Source of the DNA: Candidatus Poribacteria bacterium
GTDB lineage: Bacteria; Poribacteria; WGA-4E; WGA-3G
Length of the DNA stretch: 64,000 bases
Assembly (NCBI GenBank): GCA_964291315.2
Contig: OZ219753.1
Span: 320,001-384,000 of the forward strand
Reading direction: 5' to 3'
This document shows positions 19,209 through 28,137 of this stretch, in pieces. Both the position numbers and the translations under genes were made by a program. Every line of letters begins with the position of its first letter. Position 1 is the first letter of the stretch. The notes beneath the pieces are model-generated. The model made no database searches and was not told the origin of the DNA. It saw only the letters and a list, made by a program, of their open reading frames with translations.

Positions 19209-20201
19209 ATGGCAACAATTTATTACGATAGTGATGCCAATTTTGATTTACTAAGAGAGCGCACCGTCGCTGTTGTCGGTTACGGTGCACAAGGACGTGC
19301 GCAATCGCTAAATCTCAAAGACAGCGGTGCAAACGTCGTTGTTGGCCTATATGAGGGCAGTCGTTCAAAAGCACGTGCAGAAGCGGAAGGGTTAAACGTC
19401 AAAACTGTTGGAGAGGCCGCAGCACTAGCTGACATCGTTCAGGTACTTATACCGGACGAACGCCACGCTGCTGTCTACCGTGACCAGATTGCCCCGAATA
19501 TGCAGGCTGGGAATATGCTTCTTGTCTCACATGGGTTCAGTGTGCATTTTGGACAAATTGTTCCTGCAAGTGATATTGATGTCGCAATGATCGCCCCAAA
19601 GGGCCCCGGTTCTCTTGTTCGTGAGGTCTTTGAGGGGGGAGGCGGTGTACCTTGTCTAATTGCTATCCATCAAGACACGACGGGGCTTGCACGCGATCTT
19701 GCACTCGCTTATGCAAGAGGGATTGGTGGCACGCGCGCAGGTGTTATTGAAACGACTTTCCGCGAAGAAACCGAAACCGATCTTTTCGGTGAGCAAGCTG
19801 TCCTCTGTGGCGGCACTGCGGCACTCATCAAAGCCGCTTTTGATACCCTTGTCGAGGCCGGTTACCAACCAGAAATGGCTTACTTTGAGTGTCTTCACGA
19901 ACTCAAGCTGATCGTCGATCTCATCTATACCGGCGGATTAAGCAAAATGCGTAAGGATGTTAGCAATACCGCCGAATATGGGGACCTCACGCGTGGCCCA
20001 CGACTTATCGACGACGATGTCCGTGACACTATGCGTCAAATCTTGAAGGACGTGCAACAAGGCGTTTTCGCGCGTGAGTGGGTATTGGAGAATGAGGCGA
20101 ACCAACCCGTCCTCGGTGCACTTCGTCGACAAGAAGAGGAATCGCAAATCGAAGATGTTGGCAAAAATCTGCGCAGTATGATGAGTTGGCTTGACAAATA
20201 G
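19209..20201 (+). CDS. ilvC: Ketol-acid reductoisomerase
   Basis: [50 protein letters not shown]. Confidence 0.97.
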   Translation: MATIYYDSDANFDLLRERTVAVVGYGAQGRAQSLNLKDSGANVVVGLYEGSRSKARAEAEGLNVKTVGEAAALADIVQVLIPDERHAAVYRDQIAPNMQAGNMLLVSHGFSVHFGQIVPASDIDVAMIAPKGPGSLVREVFEGGGGVPCLIAIHQDTTGLARDLALAYARGIGGTRAGVIETTFREETETDLFGEQAVLCGGTAALIKAAFDTLVEAGYQPEMAYFECLHELKLIVDLIYTGGLSKMRKDVSNTAEYGDLTRGPRLIDDDVRDTMRQILKDVQQGVFAREWVLENEANQPVLGALRRQEEESQIEDVGKNLRSMMSWLDK

Positions 20202-20252
20202 GAAATCTTTTCTTCGATCAGGCGGAGGCGATTGAATTAGGACGCAAAACTG

Positions 20253-20335
20253 ATGTACATCTCGGATGTGAACGGAGACGCCAGGTTGGATTTCGTCGCT
20301 AGCGGTCTTAGAACAGACAAGTAAAATGGTATGGC
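20253..20335 (+). pseudogene. Remnant of an FG-GAP/VCBS repeat gene
   Basis: Translates as MYISDVNGDARLDFVASGLRTDK*, with KWY following in a shifted frame; matches the DxNGDGxxDxV...V.WY repeat. Confidence 0.5.
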
Positions 20336-20520
20336 GACTAATTCTAACGGGGCTTTAGACGAACAGCGTGTTATATCAGGGCAGTGTACTACTTTCTTTA
20401 TAAGTTAAGAGAGTCTTTTCAATTGTTCAGTCTCCTTGTAACTGCGGACTGCTATATCGGTGAGATTCAGTTATCAATTTTCACGAAGAGCCTCCGGTAT
20501 GCTCAACAGATAGCTATCAG

Positions 20521-21651
20521 TTATTCTTCGATCGCTTCTACATTAGCGCGAGGCAAAGTCGTCTCTTGGCCATCTTCAAGCTCTACCCGTAACACTCGCA
20601 CCAGTGCTTCTGTCTCCAAGTTCTGGAGTTCTACTGGCAGTTCCGTGACGCGTCCCAATCGCCCGAAATATGGTTCTCGAATGATACGTACTGAGCTTCC
20701 AATCTTTAGAATTCCACCAGCAGCATCGGTGTTTGTATCGGAGATTGAGCCTGCCGCCTCTGACGCAAACGGGATTAGGATCTCTGGCCGGACAACGCCA
20801 GCACGAATCTGTGTTGCTCCATTGATAGAGGTCTTCATACCTTCTCGAGCTTTTAAGAGTGTGAATGTCTGTTCTGTCATCGCAACGCGCCCGAATCCCT
20901 CCGTGATAACCACTGTAATTCCAATATCCTCTGATCCGGTGATCGCAACACCGAGTTCATAACCGAGAAGTTCTCGGAGATCCGCGTCATCAATTCCACC
21001 AGCGATGATACCTCTCACGCCCTGCTGGATTGCGTTCTGAACCGCCTCCGTTGTGACAAGTGAACCCCCAACCAGAATATTATCTCGATGTTCTCGAAGG
21101 ATCTGTTCACTAGTCAATTCGTCGTTTGGCGATGTAGCAACAACAACCAATTTTCCTACCGTCTCGCCACCAATTCCGAAGATGCCTTGGATGTACGTAC
21201 CGTACGTCTCTACAATGACTCCTTCAGTCGGTACGGTCTCTGTTACCGTGCCATCCGTGTATGCTTTGACTTCAACGGGGATAGGTGGTTCACGAAGGAG
21301 AACCTGTCCTGTGACCTCAGAGACGGATTCGATTGTCCCGTCAATCGGTGAGCGCACCTGCGATTTGAACAATCCAAATAGCCCTTTAGTTGTAGCAATA
21401 ATCTCGTCTTTTGAAACTGTGTCGCCTACCGGTTTAAGCATGGATTCGGTGATTTCGTTTGGCGGGATGCTGAGTAGGTTGGCAACGTTTAGCAATTGAA
21501 CATTACCTGGCAGATCCGCCTTTGCAACGACATCTTCTGCTTTGACTGTTAACCCGGCCTTGACAAGTACCTCGCCTTCGAGTGGGAGCCTGCGTTCTTT
21601 TTGAATCCTTATTCCTTCAGTTACTTTCAGACCGGGGGTGTATGCATGCAC
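20521..21651 (-). CDS. Conserved hypothetical protein ('HAYTPGLKV' family) with biotin/lipoyl-like hairpins and a C-terminal KOW/SH3-like domain
   Basis: GTG start with RBS GAGG; GxxVxxxxxIA hairpins, GVAITGSE, VVITEGFG, ATQIRAGVVRPE, C-terminal VRIIREPYFG...PRANVE. Confidence 0.75.
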   Translation of the reverse strand: MHAYTPGLKVTEGIRIQKERRLPLEGEVLVKAGLTVKAEDVVAKADLPGNVQLLNVANLLSIPPNEITESMLKPVGDTVSKDEIIATTKGLFGLFKSQVRSPIDGTIESVSEVTGQVLLREPPIPVEVKAYTDGTVTETVPTEGVIVETYGTYIQGIFGIGGETVGKLVVVATSPNDELTSEQILREHRDNILVGGSLVTTEAVQNAIQQGVRGIIAGGIDDADLRELLGYELGVAITGSEDIGITVVITEGFGRVAMTEQTFTLLKAREGMKTSINGATQIRAGVVRPEILIPFASEAAGSISDTNTDAAGGILKIGSSVRIIREPYFGRLGRVTELPVELQNLETEALVRVLRVELEDGQETTLPRANVEAIEE

Positions 21652-21754
21652 TATGAATTACCTCAATTTCTGACCGGAATCTATTGCTGTGAATATGCCT
21701 CCGCGTTGATGTCGCGGCATTGAACATTCAACGATCGTAACGTGTCCACTTTCA

Positions 21755-21783
21755 ATTATACTTATCTTTCTATCTGTTGTCAA
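21755..21783 (-). promoter_or_regulatory. Sigma70-type promoter for the 20521..21651 gene
   Basis: Minus strand reads TTGACA-17 bp-TATAAT. Confidence 0.8.
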
Positions 21784-21929
21784 CTTTCTTCGTATACGTC
21801 TCTTCCTCCGAAAAGCCTACAGCTCCGCTGCAGGTTTTAGTCTCAAGATTTATTTTCATTGACAGATTTCTGTAAATGTGTTAATCTTTAACGAAATCGC
21901 GCGGGAAACTATTTTTATGCCGGTTTTTC

Positions 21930-21958
21930 TTGACAAATAATGTACATTTGTGTATAAT
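21930..21958 (+). promoter_or_regulatory. Sigma70-type promoter at the left end of the accessory island
   Basis: Perfect TTGACA-17 bp-TATAAT. Confidence 0.8.
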
Positions 21959-22032
21959 AATAATAGTATAAAGAAAGAGGTTTTGGAATTAGCAGCCTCT
22001 CAAAGATTTTCAGAAGCGCCGAAGGTAACGGA

Positions 22033-22224
22033 GTGGTTAAAATGAAGAAAGGAAAAGGTCATTTTCTTTTTGACCCTTTTTTAAATATGGAAAGTCACGC
22101 GAACAACACATCGATCCAAATAGGTGCCTCTGAAACATCTAGGTCCTTGTGCCTGAGGGTGCGTAAAGATAAGCCTCTTTGCGTGCCTATGCCGGATTAC
22201 ATCCCCCCGCTTTATTTAAGTTAA
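22033..22224 (+). CDS. Putative leader ORF (~60 aa; ATG 22042 also possible) ending just after a C6 tract
   Basis: First ORF after the consensus promoter; GGAG RBS-like sequence; C6 at 22203-22208. Confidence 0.35.
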   Translation: MVKMKKGKGHFLFDPFLNMESHANNTSIQIGASETSRSLCLRVRKDKPLCVPMPDYIPPLYLS

Positions 22225-22366
22225 GCGTTTCAGTTTATATATCTCTCCCTAAAACTGCGGTCGCGGTTTTTTTGCGCCTGCATGCGCCTTGCGCGTTGCG
22301 GGCTATTTTGTTGTCGCGTCGGGATAATAACTGTGATGGCGTTAACCCTGAAAATAAGGAGCGTGA

Positions 22367-22487
22367 AATGAATAATGTACTACCGGATCCCGGGCATGGT
22401 TTGGACATGGTCTTCTCACTCCCGTTGATTGCCGGTAGATCCGGACGACATAAAGTGAACACCTTCAAGAAAATCTATTTTTCTTGA
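22367..22487 (+). CDS. Putative 39-aa peptide MNNVLPDPGHGLDMVFSLPLIAGRSGRHKVNTFKKIYFS
   Basis: Strong RBS AAGGAG just upstream of the ATG; ends inside a terminator-like hairpin. Confidence 0.35.
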
Positions 22488-22495
22488 AGGTTTTT
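22461..22495 (+). terminator. Intrinsic terminator-like hairpin
   Basis: ACCTTCAAGAAAA/TTTTCTTGAAGGT 13-bp arms followed by Ts. Confidence 0.6.
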
Positions 22496-22733
22496 CTAAG
22501 CTTGATAGACTATTTTTTTATAGAAGAATAAATCATGAAGCCATTCTTTAGAAAGCAAGCCTTTCATAATTCCTATTACTATAGCAGGATGCACTTAATG
22601 AAGACGGCTTTTGTGAAGGTATTTCCATCAGGAGTGATATATTCTCCGCAGGTCGCCATGAAATGCGAAAATCAGGTCTTTTGGGGTTTCACCGGGAGGG
22701 CATTGCTCTCTTTTAGGTAGTTTTGGAGCGTTT

Positions 22734-24158
22734 TTGATGTTAGGTGTGTTAATACAAAAGGAGATTCTGCTGCATCTGCTGAGCGTGCGTTTTTTATCCC
22801 TTCTTCTGATGTGTGCGTTGCTGATACCGCTCGGCTTCCATGTGAATTACCGGCGTTATCTCCAACGCCAAGTCGACTATCAAGAAGCCGTCAAAAACGC
22901 AGACAGTGATAACCCGGCAGAGAACCAGTGGGAATGGCGGCTCATAAACCCGAATCTTGAGGTTGAGCGGTTGATTTTACAGCCGTCTCCTTTAAGTGTG
23001 TTTGCTCGGGGTTTAGAGTCGGTGTTGCCGAGTTCTCTTGGGATGACGCGCAACGGGATGCGCTGGAACGCAGCGTCGCTCTCAACTGCGCCGATTGCGT
23101 TTCTCTTCGGTCATCTCGACTATCTCTTTGTTGTGAGCACGGTTTTTAGCCTGCTGGCACTCTTATTCACCTTTGATGCGGTTGCGGGTGAGCGTGAAGC
23201 GGGGACGCTCCGTATCACGCTCGCAAACGCACTGCCGCGTGCTATTTTTTTATGGAGTAAGATCCTGGGCGGCTACGTTGTGTTCAGCGTGCCCTTCCTC
23301 CTCTCCATTTTGATCGGGTGGCTCTTGTTGGTCTGGCAGGGTTTCCCTTTGGGTCAGCCGGATGTCTTCCTCCGATGCCTCTGCCTGGTTGGGGTGTCGC
23401 TGCTTTACACGTTTGTTTTTTTTGCGATGGGCACCTGGCTCTCTATCTATTTTGAGAGTTCGAAGACCGCGCTCATTGTTGTGTTTACGGTCTGGGTTTT
23501 CACAGTTCTGATCCTACCGCGTGCGGGGTTTCTGGCGGCTCGCATTGTTTCCCCTGCTGCGACAGCGGAGCAGGTTTACCGGCAAAAGGCTCATCTCCGA
23601 GCAGAATTGCGCGCCGACCTCGACGTAGAAGAAAATAAAATTATGTCTAAAGTCATTGAGGAAGAGCGTCTTGGAACATCAGGGGCGATTATTATATCTG
23701 GGCAGTTAGCCGAGAAAATAGATGAGCGAATGGCCCCCTTAGAAGAGTCTTTGCGTTTAGTCTTCCGTGATCGTGCGGCAGAGATAGACGGGCGGTATCA
23801 ACGTGACATCAAACGCCAAGAGGCGATCGGTATGCACATGTCGCGGATCACCCCGATCGCCTCCTTCATTTATCTGTCAACCGGTCTGGCGCAGACGGGA
23901 CAGGTCAAACGAGATCGCTACTTTCAAACGGGGGATCGCTACTATAAAGCCCTGGATGCGGAAACATTCAGCAAAATGTCTGAGACACGTGTCTCGAAAA
24001 CAGAAAACATTCCGCCGCCGTTGCCGCCGCCGCGGCTTGTGGATCCGCCGGTGGCGGAGGCACTCCAAGCCGCCCTCGTCGATCTGATTTTGCTCTGTCT
24101 CTTTGCCTGCGGATTGACAACCGCGGCTTTCGTCGCATTCTTCAAATCCGAGATTTGA
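22734..24158 (+). CDS. ABC-2 type transporter permease subunit
   Basis: FDAVAGEREAGTLRITLANALPRA...KILG signature, multiple TM helices, large extracytoplasmic loops. Confidence 0.88.
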   Translation: MMLGVLIQKEILLHLLSVRFLSLLLMCALLIPLGFHVNYRRYLQRQVDYQEAVKNADSDNPAENQWEWRLINPNLEVERLILQPSPLSVFARGLESVLPSSLGMTRNGMRWNAASLSTAPIAFLFGHLDYLFVVSTVFSLLALLFTFDAVAGEREAGTLRITLANALPRAIFLWSKILGGYVVFSVPFLLSILIGWLLLVWQGFPLGQPDVFLRCLCLVGVSLLYTFVFFAMGTWLSIYFESSKTALIVVFTVWVFTVLILPRAGFLAARIVSPAATAEQVYRQKAHLRAELRADLDVEENKIMSKVIEEERLGTSGAIIISGQLAEKIDERMAPLEESLRLVFRDRAAEIDGRYQRDIKRQEAIGMHMSRITPIASFIYLSTGLAQTGQVKRDRYFQTGDRYYKALDAETFSKMSETRVSKTENIPPPLPPPRLVDPPVAEALQAALVDLILLCLFACGLTTAAFVAFFKSEI

Positions 24159-24247
24159 AAAATGAGTGTACTCTATTGTATGTAAATCGTTTTTCTGTAA
24201 GTGATAGACAGAAGCATCCTGCGCCTGCCATTTTTTTTGCGTTCACT

Positions 24248-25029
24248 CTACTCTGCGTTCTTGGCACATCGAAAGCCATAGGTGGCGAGCCGGTGATGTG
24301 GCTTATCGTAGTAGAGGTAATCCGATTCAAAGTGTTTTCGCAGCGACATCCATCCGCCGCCGCGGAGGATTCTCTGGGGTCCGGGGCGTGTGCCTGTCGG
24401 AGAGACGCTGCGTCGGACGTCTGCTCCTTCGTAAGCATCATCACACCATTGCCACACGTTTCCGACGAGGTCAAACACACCGGAGGGGGACACATTCTGC
24501 TCCCGGCTCCCAATCGGGTAGGGGACTAAGCGGGTGCGGTAGTCTACCGCTTCAAAGTCAAACGCGTTTCCCCACGGGTAACGTTGGTTCTGTTCCCCTT
24601 TGCAGACGAGTGCCCACTCGGCGGCCGTCGGCAAACGGACCCCCGCCACTTCGCATAAGCCGATGCTTCATACCAACTCACCCCTGTCACAGGCAAGTTG
24701 CTTTTATTGAGATATTTCTCGTAATAGGTAGATGGCACTGTAAACGCATAAGTGTTTAGGAATGCTATACCTTCGGACGACCAATATCGCGGCTCTACAT
24801 AGCCACCGGCTTCGATAAACTGCTGATATTGTTGGTAAGTGACGAGGTTTTTGTCTATAGAGAAGGCTTTAACGCTGCGGATGTCTCCGTTGCCGAACGG
24901 GTCTACGGTGCCGGCGGGTATCTGTATCATCTCGGGGTGACTCATCTGTTGTTCCTCCGGTGTTTGTGGATATTGCTGACAAGCGAGGGCGACGCTCATC
25001 AGTAAAAGTAGTGCCGCTATTGTTTTCAC
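24248..25029 (-). pseudogene. FGE-sulfatase/SUMF1-domain lipoprotein split by a frameshift in a G5 run
   Basis: Lipobox LAC in 24544..25029; PVTGVSWYEASAYAKW continues as GVRLPTAAEW...GNVWQW...RGGGW...GFRC in 24248..24649. One extra G at 24640-24644 restores the frame. Confidence 0.8.
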
Positions 25030-26042
25030 TTTACCACTCCTTTGACCGGGACCTCAATGGTGCTTGCATCTGGATGGTCGGTCTCAAGGGTGATCGTCCC
25101 TTCGATGAGTCCTTCCGGGGCACCGGGGGCGGAAACCGTGAATAAGAGATCATGAGACAGCCGCTTTTCCGAGGCGGGTTCAGCGAATACCTCAACGTTG
25201 TCAGCCGTGATACCCAAGACCGAAAATGAGCGTGTGCCATCGGTTTTGAGTTTTAGGGTGCGCTCGACAGACTCGTTCGAAGACAGAGCGCCCAGGAACA
25301 GGTTGGCAGGCAACGCTACAATACCCCCTAATACCCTTCCTTGGAACTCAATAGACAGTTCCAAGGTATCTGAATCGGTGCCAGGGATCACTGCGGGTGC
25401 TTTAATGGTAAGTGTTAACGTCACTCGGTAAAACCCGACCTGCCGCAAAGAGAATTCCGCTTGAAACGCCCGACTCCCGCCGGGAGAAATCACCCCTTCC
25501 GGGATTCTAACAGCGAGGCTCGTGTCGCTCACCGTGTGTGCGGTTATTTCCACCGGATGCGGAAGGTTATTGGTGAGCGCTACCGTTTTGATAACGTTCT
25601 GCCCCCTTTGAAGTTCTCCAACCTGAATGTGCTTCGGAAACGTAATCGGAGGTTTAATAATCCCAGAGACTTGCAGCGGGATCATCGGTTTGTCTGGATC
25701 ATTCGTGTAGACAAAGACTTGATCAACAAAGGCGCCGGCATCTCGATGAATCTCAACCTGAATGCCCCCTGTACCCCCCGGGGGAACCGGGGCTGATGAA
25801 GCCGTTGTAGCAACGCAACCACAATTGCTCTGAATGTCCTGTATCTCTAAAGGGGCATTCCCTTTATTAGTGAAGTCAAACCGTTTGATAATCTGTGAAC
25901 CGACAATGAAAACGTTAGGGAATTCATAGGAGATACTTTCAAAAGCAATCTCCGGTTTTCTGTGAGTGTCACATCCTGCCATGAGAAGCCCCCCCATGCT
26001 GCAGCAGGCAGCAAGAAAAACTGTTAAGACCTTGAACATCAT
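25026..26042 (-). CDS. DUF1573 / Ig-like (ASPM-SPD-2-Hydin-type) domain exported protein, possible lipoprotein
   Basis: FDFTNKGNAPLEIQDIQSNCGCVAT...VPPGGTGGI, YTNDPDKP. The start ATG 26042 overlaps the upstream TGA. Confidence 0.85.
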   Translation of the reverse strand: MMFKVLTVFLAACCSMGGLLMAGCDTHRKPEIAFESISYEFPNVFIVGSQIIKRFDFTNKGNAPLEIQDIQSNCGCVATTASSAPVPPGGTGGIQVEIHRDAGAFVDQVFVYTNDPDKPMIPLQVSGIIKPPITFPKHIQVGELQRGQNVIKTVALTNNLPHPVEITAHTVSDTSLAVRIPEGVISPGGSRAFQAEFSLRQVGFYRVTLTLTIKAPAVIPGTDSDTLELSIEFQGRVLGGIVALPANLFLGALSSNESVERTLKLKTDGTRSFSVLGITADNVEVFAEPASEKRLSHDLLFTVSAPGAPEGLIEGTITLETDHPDASTIEVPVKGVVK

Positions 26043-26320
26043 TTTTTGACTCCTGACGCTATAATTCCAGCCCGTTCCGCCAAAAACCGAGCTGCCTCGG
26101 TTCCGTCTACGTCTTCCATCCACGCGACAAACCCTATAACGTCCCCGCCTGGCCAGGCACAATCCATACAGGCCCACTCATTCGCCTCGCCTGTCCGGAT
26201 ATTTTCCAACAGGTAAAAATCGTATCCATCACATTTGGGGCAGTGCGCCCTGTTCCTTTCGTTCACATAGATACCGTACTCGTTGAGAACCTCTTCCATG
26301 TCATAGACAGCTGTCACCAT
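26039..26320 (-). CDS. Primase-type (CHC2-like) zinc-finger domain; in frame with the upstream ORF across one TAG
   Basis: CPKC...W.CMDC..GGDVIGFV..MEDV...EAARFLAERAGI matches the DnaG zinc-binding-domain pattern. Confidence 0.75.
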   Translation of the reverse strand: MVTAVYDMEEVLNEYGIYVNERNRAHCPKCDGYDFYLLENIRTGEANEWACMDCAWPGGDVIGFVAWMEDVDGTEAARFLAERAGIIASGVKK

Positions 26321-26332
26321 TTTACTCAGTTT

Positions 26333-26698
26333 CTAGTATGGGATTTCTGTGGGGATATCAGAGGCAGTATCGGCTGCTCCGTCCAGTTCCTCATTGAGCG
26401 TTTCCGTTGCCAGTTCGGCTTCCAATGCGTCGAACCCTTCCGAGAAAGCCGGATCCTCTTCAGGAGATGTGTGCGCCGCGGCGAGGTGCTCGGTGTCGGC
26501 AACCGCTGATGTTTCAGACCTGTCTGAAACATCAGCGGGTTGAGCGGCCGCTCTCTTCGTGTTTTGAACCTGCTTGGGTTGATAAGGAACGGTTTTATAG
26601 ATCGTTATCACCTCGGGGGGCTTTTGTTGGGTGCGCCAAAGTGCTATCAGCCCTCCGATACACATAAGAGCGATGATGGAAATAAAGAGGGATTTCAC
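26333..26698 (-). CDS. Membrane-anchored acidic low-complexity protein (probable N-terminal half of the zinc-finger protein)
   Basis: GTG 26698 overlaps the upstream TGA; N-terminal TM helix followed by an acidic linker; ends in TAG 15 nt before the in-frame ATG 26320. Confidence 0.65.
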   Translation of the reverse strand: MKSLFISIIALMCIGGLIALWRTQQKPPEVITIYKTVPYQPKQVQNTKRAAAQPADVSDRSETSAVADTEHLAAAHTSPEEDPAFSEGFDALEAELATETLNEELDGAADTASDIPTEIPY

Positions 26699-27705
26699 TG
26701 TTTTTCTGACTCCTTGGGACCAAGATACTCGCGTATATTCCAATCAAAGAAATTCGCAGGCAGCCCCTGATTAAATGCCATGTCTAAAATGGTGATACGG
26801 GTTGTGCGGCGCATAAAACCGTCTGCCCGGTACTCTTTTGCCTCAAAAACTTTCGGATGCGCAATCCCGAGGCTTTCAAGAGAGACAAAGTCCCGATGTT
26901 CCTCAACTAACCGCAGCCAGTATCCCTCTTCATTGGCGTTGGGAGACTCACTTTTGAAAAAGTGTTCTTCCTTAAAAATCTCGGGGATGTCTGTGGGACG
27001 CACATAGGTCTTCGTCAGAACTTTCTCAAAGGGGGAATAGGTGAGGATCAAGACCGCCTCTCCATCAATGTGAGTAGACTCTATTTGCACATCGGTTTTT
27101 TCAATGTTCACCGGTGGCAGGCGGATCGGAAAACGGCTCACCAAAGGGGCCTCGCCTTCAAAAGTGTCTGTGTGCATGCCCCCGATATGCTTGGCGTTGC
27201 AATTTTGATGCGGTAGCGTATTGACAAGCTTTTGATCGGCGTTGACGACTAGATATTCTTGCCGTCCACCATCATAGTAGCGCGCAAAATCGACGGCGGG
27301 GAATAGTGCATCACTGGCAGAAGGATAGCTGTCAAAACGGCAGATTTTTTTGATCCGAAAGTTGCATTGCGGGGACTCCCGTGGCTCCCCCAGGAACCGC
27401 TGGAAAACAAGATTCTCTTCGTGAAAAAAGAAGAACGCGTCAGTATCCCTGAAAGGCCCATAAGTTTTGTATCCCTCAATGTCCTCTAAAATCAGTTTTC
27501 GCAGCCGCTGCAGTGCTTCGGGCGTGGATGTCTTCTGTGGTGCGTCGCGGTATTCCTGTCGGCTGTATTCTATGCCTTGCCTCACAAAGCTGCCTCTCTT
27601 CTCCGGAGGGGTGGGGTAAAGTTCGTACCAGAGCATCCTGATTTCAGCGTCTTCAATGAGTTTTTTAGAAAAACTGAGGATAGAAATCAACGCTTGGGCA
27701 TCCAT
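26695..27705 (-). CDS. Hypothetical protein, possibly LolA-like fold
   Basis: RBS AAGGAG before ATG 27705; C-terminal 'ITILDMAFNQGLPANFF' resembles the NxxLxxxxF ends of LolA-like proteins. Confidence 0.6.
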   Translation of the reverse strand: MDAQALISILSFSKKLIEDAEIRMLWYELYPTPPEKRGSFVRQGIEYSRQEYRDAPQKTSTPEALQRLRKLILEDIEGYKTYGPFRDTDAFFFFHEENLVFQRFLGEPRESPQCNFRIKKICRFDSYPSASDALFPAVDFARYYDGGRQEYLVVNADQKLVNTLPHQNCNAKHIGGMHTDTFEGEAPLVSRFPIRLPPVNIEKTDVQIESTHIDGEAVLILTYSPFEKVLTKTYVRPTDIPEIFKEEHFFKSESPNANEEGYWLRLVEEHRDFVSLESLGIAHPKVFEAKEYRADGFMRRTTRITILDMAFNQGLPANFFDWNIREYLGPKESEKQ

Positions 27706-28137
27706 CTGTATGGTCTCCTTTTGCTGCTCTATAAAGAATCTAACGCAACACATTTCGTGTTCTGCTCTCCCTTTGAAGCTCTGAAAGCTCAGAAAAGGCA
27801 GAATAACCCTTACATACTATTCGACATCAGCTCATCTCAAGGACATCATTAACGATACTACATAGATAACGCTTATTCAAGAGAAAATTGTTTTTTCAAA
27901 AGTCTTGCCTGTTTCTCCTCATCCGAGAATTTTTTCTACGCACCCTCTTCCGTGTTATTTAATTATATACATCTCACCGAAAAAAGTTTAGCTTTTTTTT
28001 ACCTTGCAGTTCGGGTACTGTCTTTAGGTTGGGAACAGGCAGGCGACGGGGAGCAAAGCAGAAATCGGGTCCGACGGACGATTGTTTTGTCTTTGTTGCA
28101 ACCGATATGTTGGTGTTTGGCTGTGGCTTTTCGACTT

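Noticed and set aside
20384-21499. Long antisense ORFs (also 16975..17598, 34278..34931, 57890..58492)
   Set aside because: These are shadow ORFs opposite well-supported genes and have no motifs of their own.
24248-24400. C-terminus of the FGE lipoprotein as a DGR template for the 10307..13810 gene
   Set aside because: It has no nucleotide similarity to the three variable segments and is not AAY-rich.
25026-26177. Arg-rich N-terminal extension of the DUF1573 ORF as a Tat signal
   Set aside because: It is an alternative-frame reading of the zinc-finger gene; the ATGA overlap at 26039-26042 marks the real start.
27904-28045. Possible terminal inverted repeats (CTTGCCTGTT / AACAGGCAGG) of a ~140-bp MITE
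   Set aside because: Only 10 bp with a mismatch, no target duplication seen, and a single copy.
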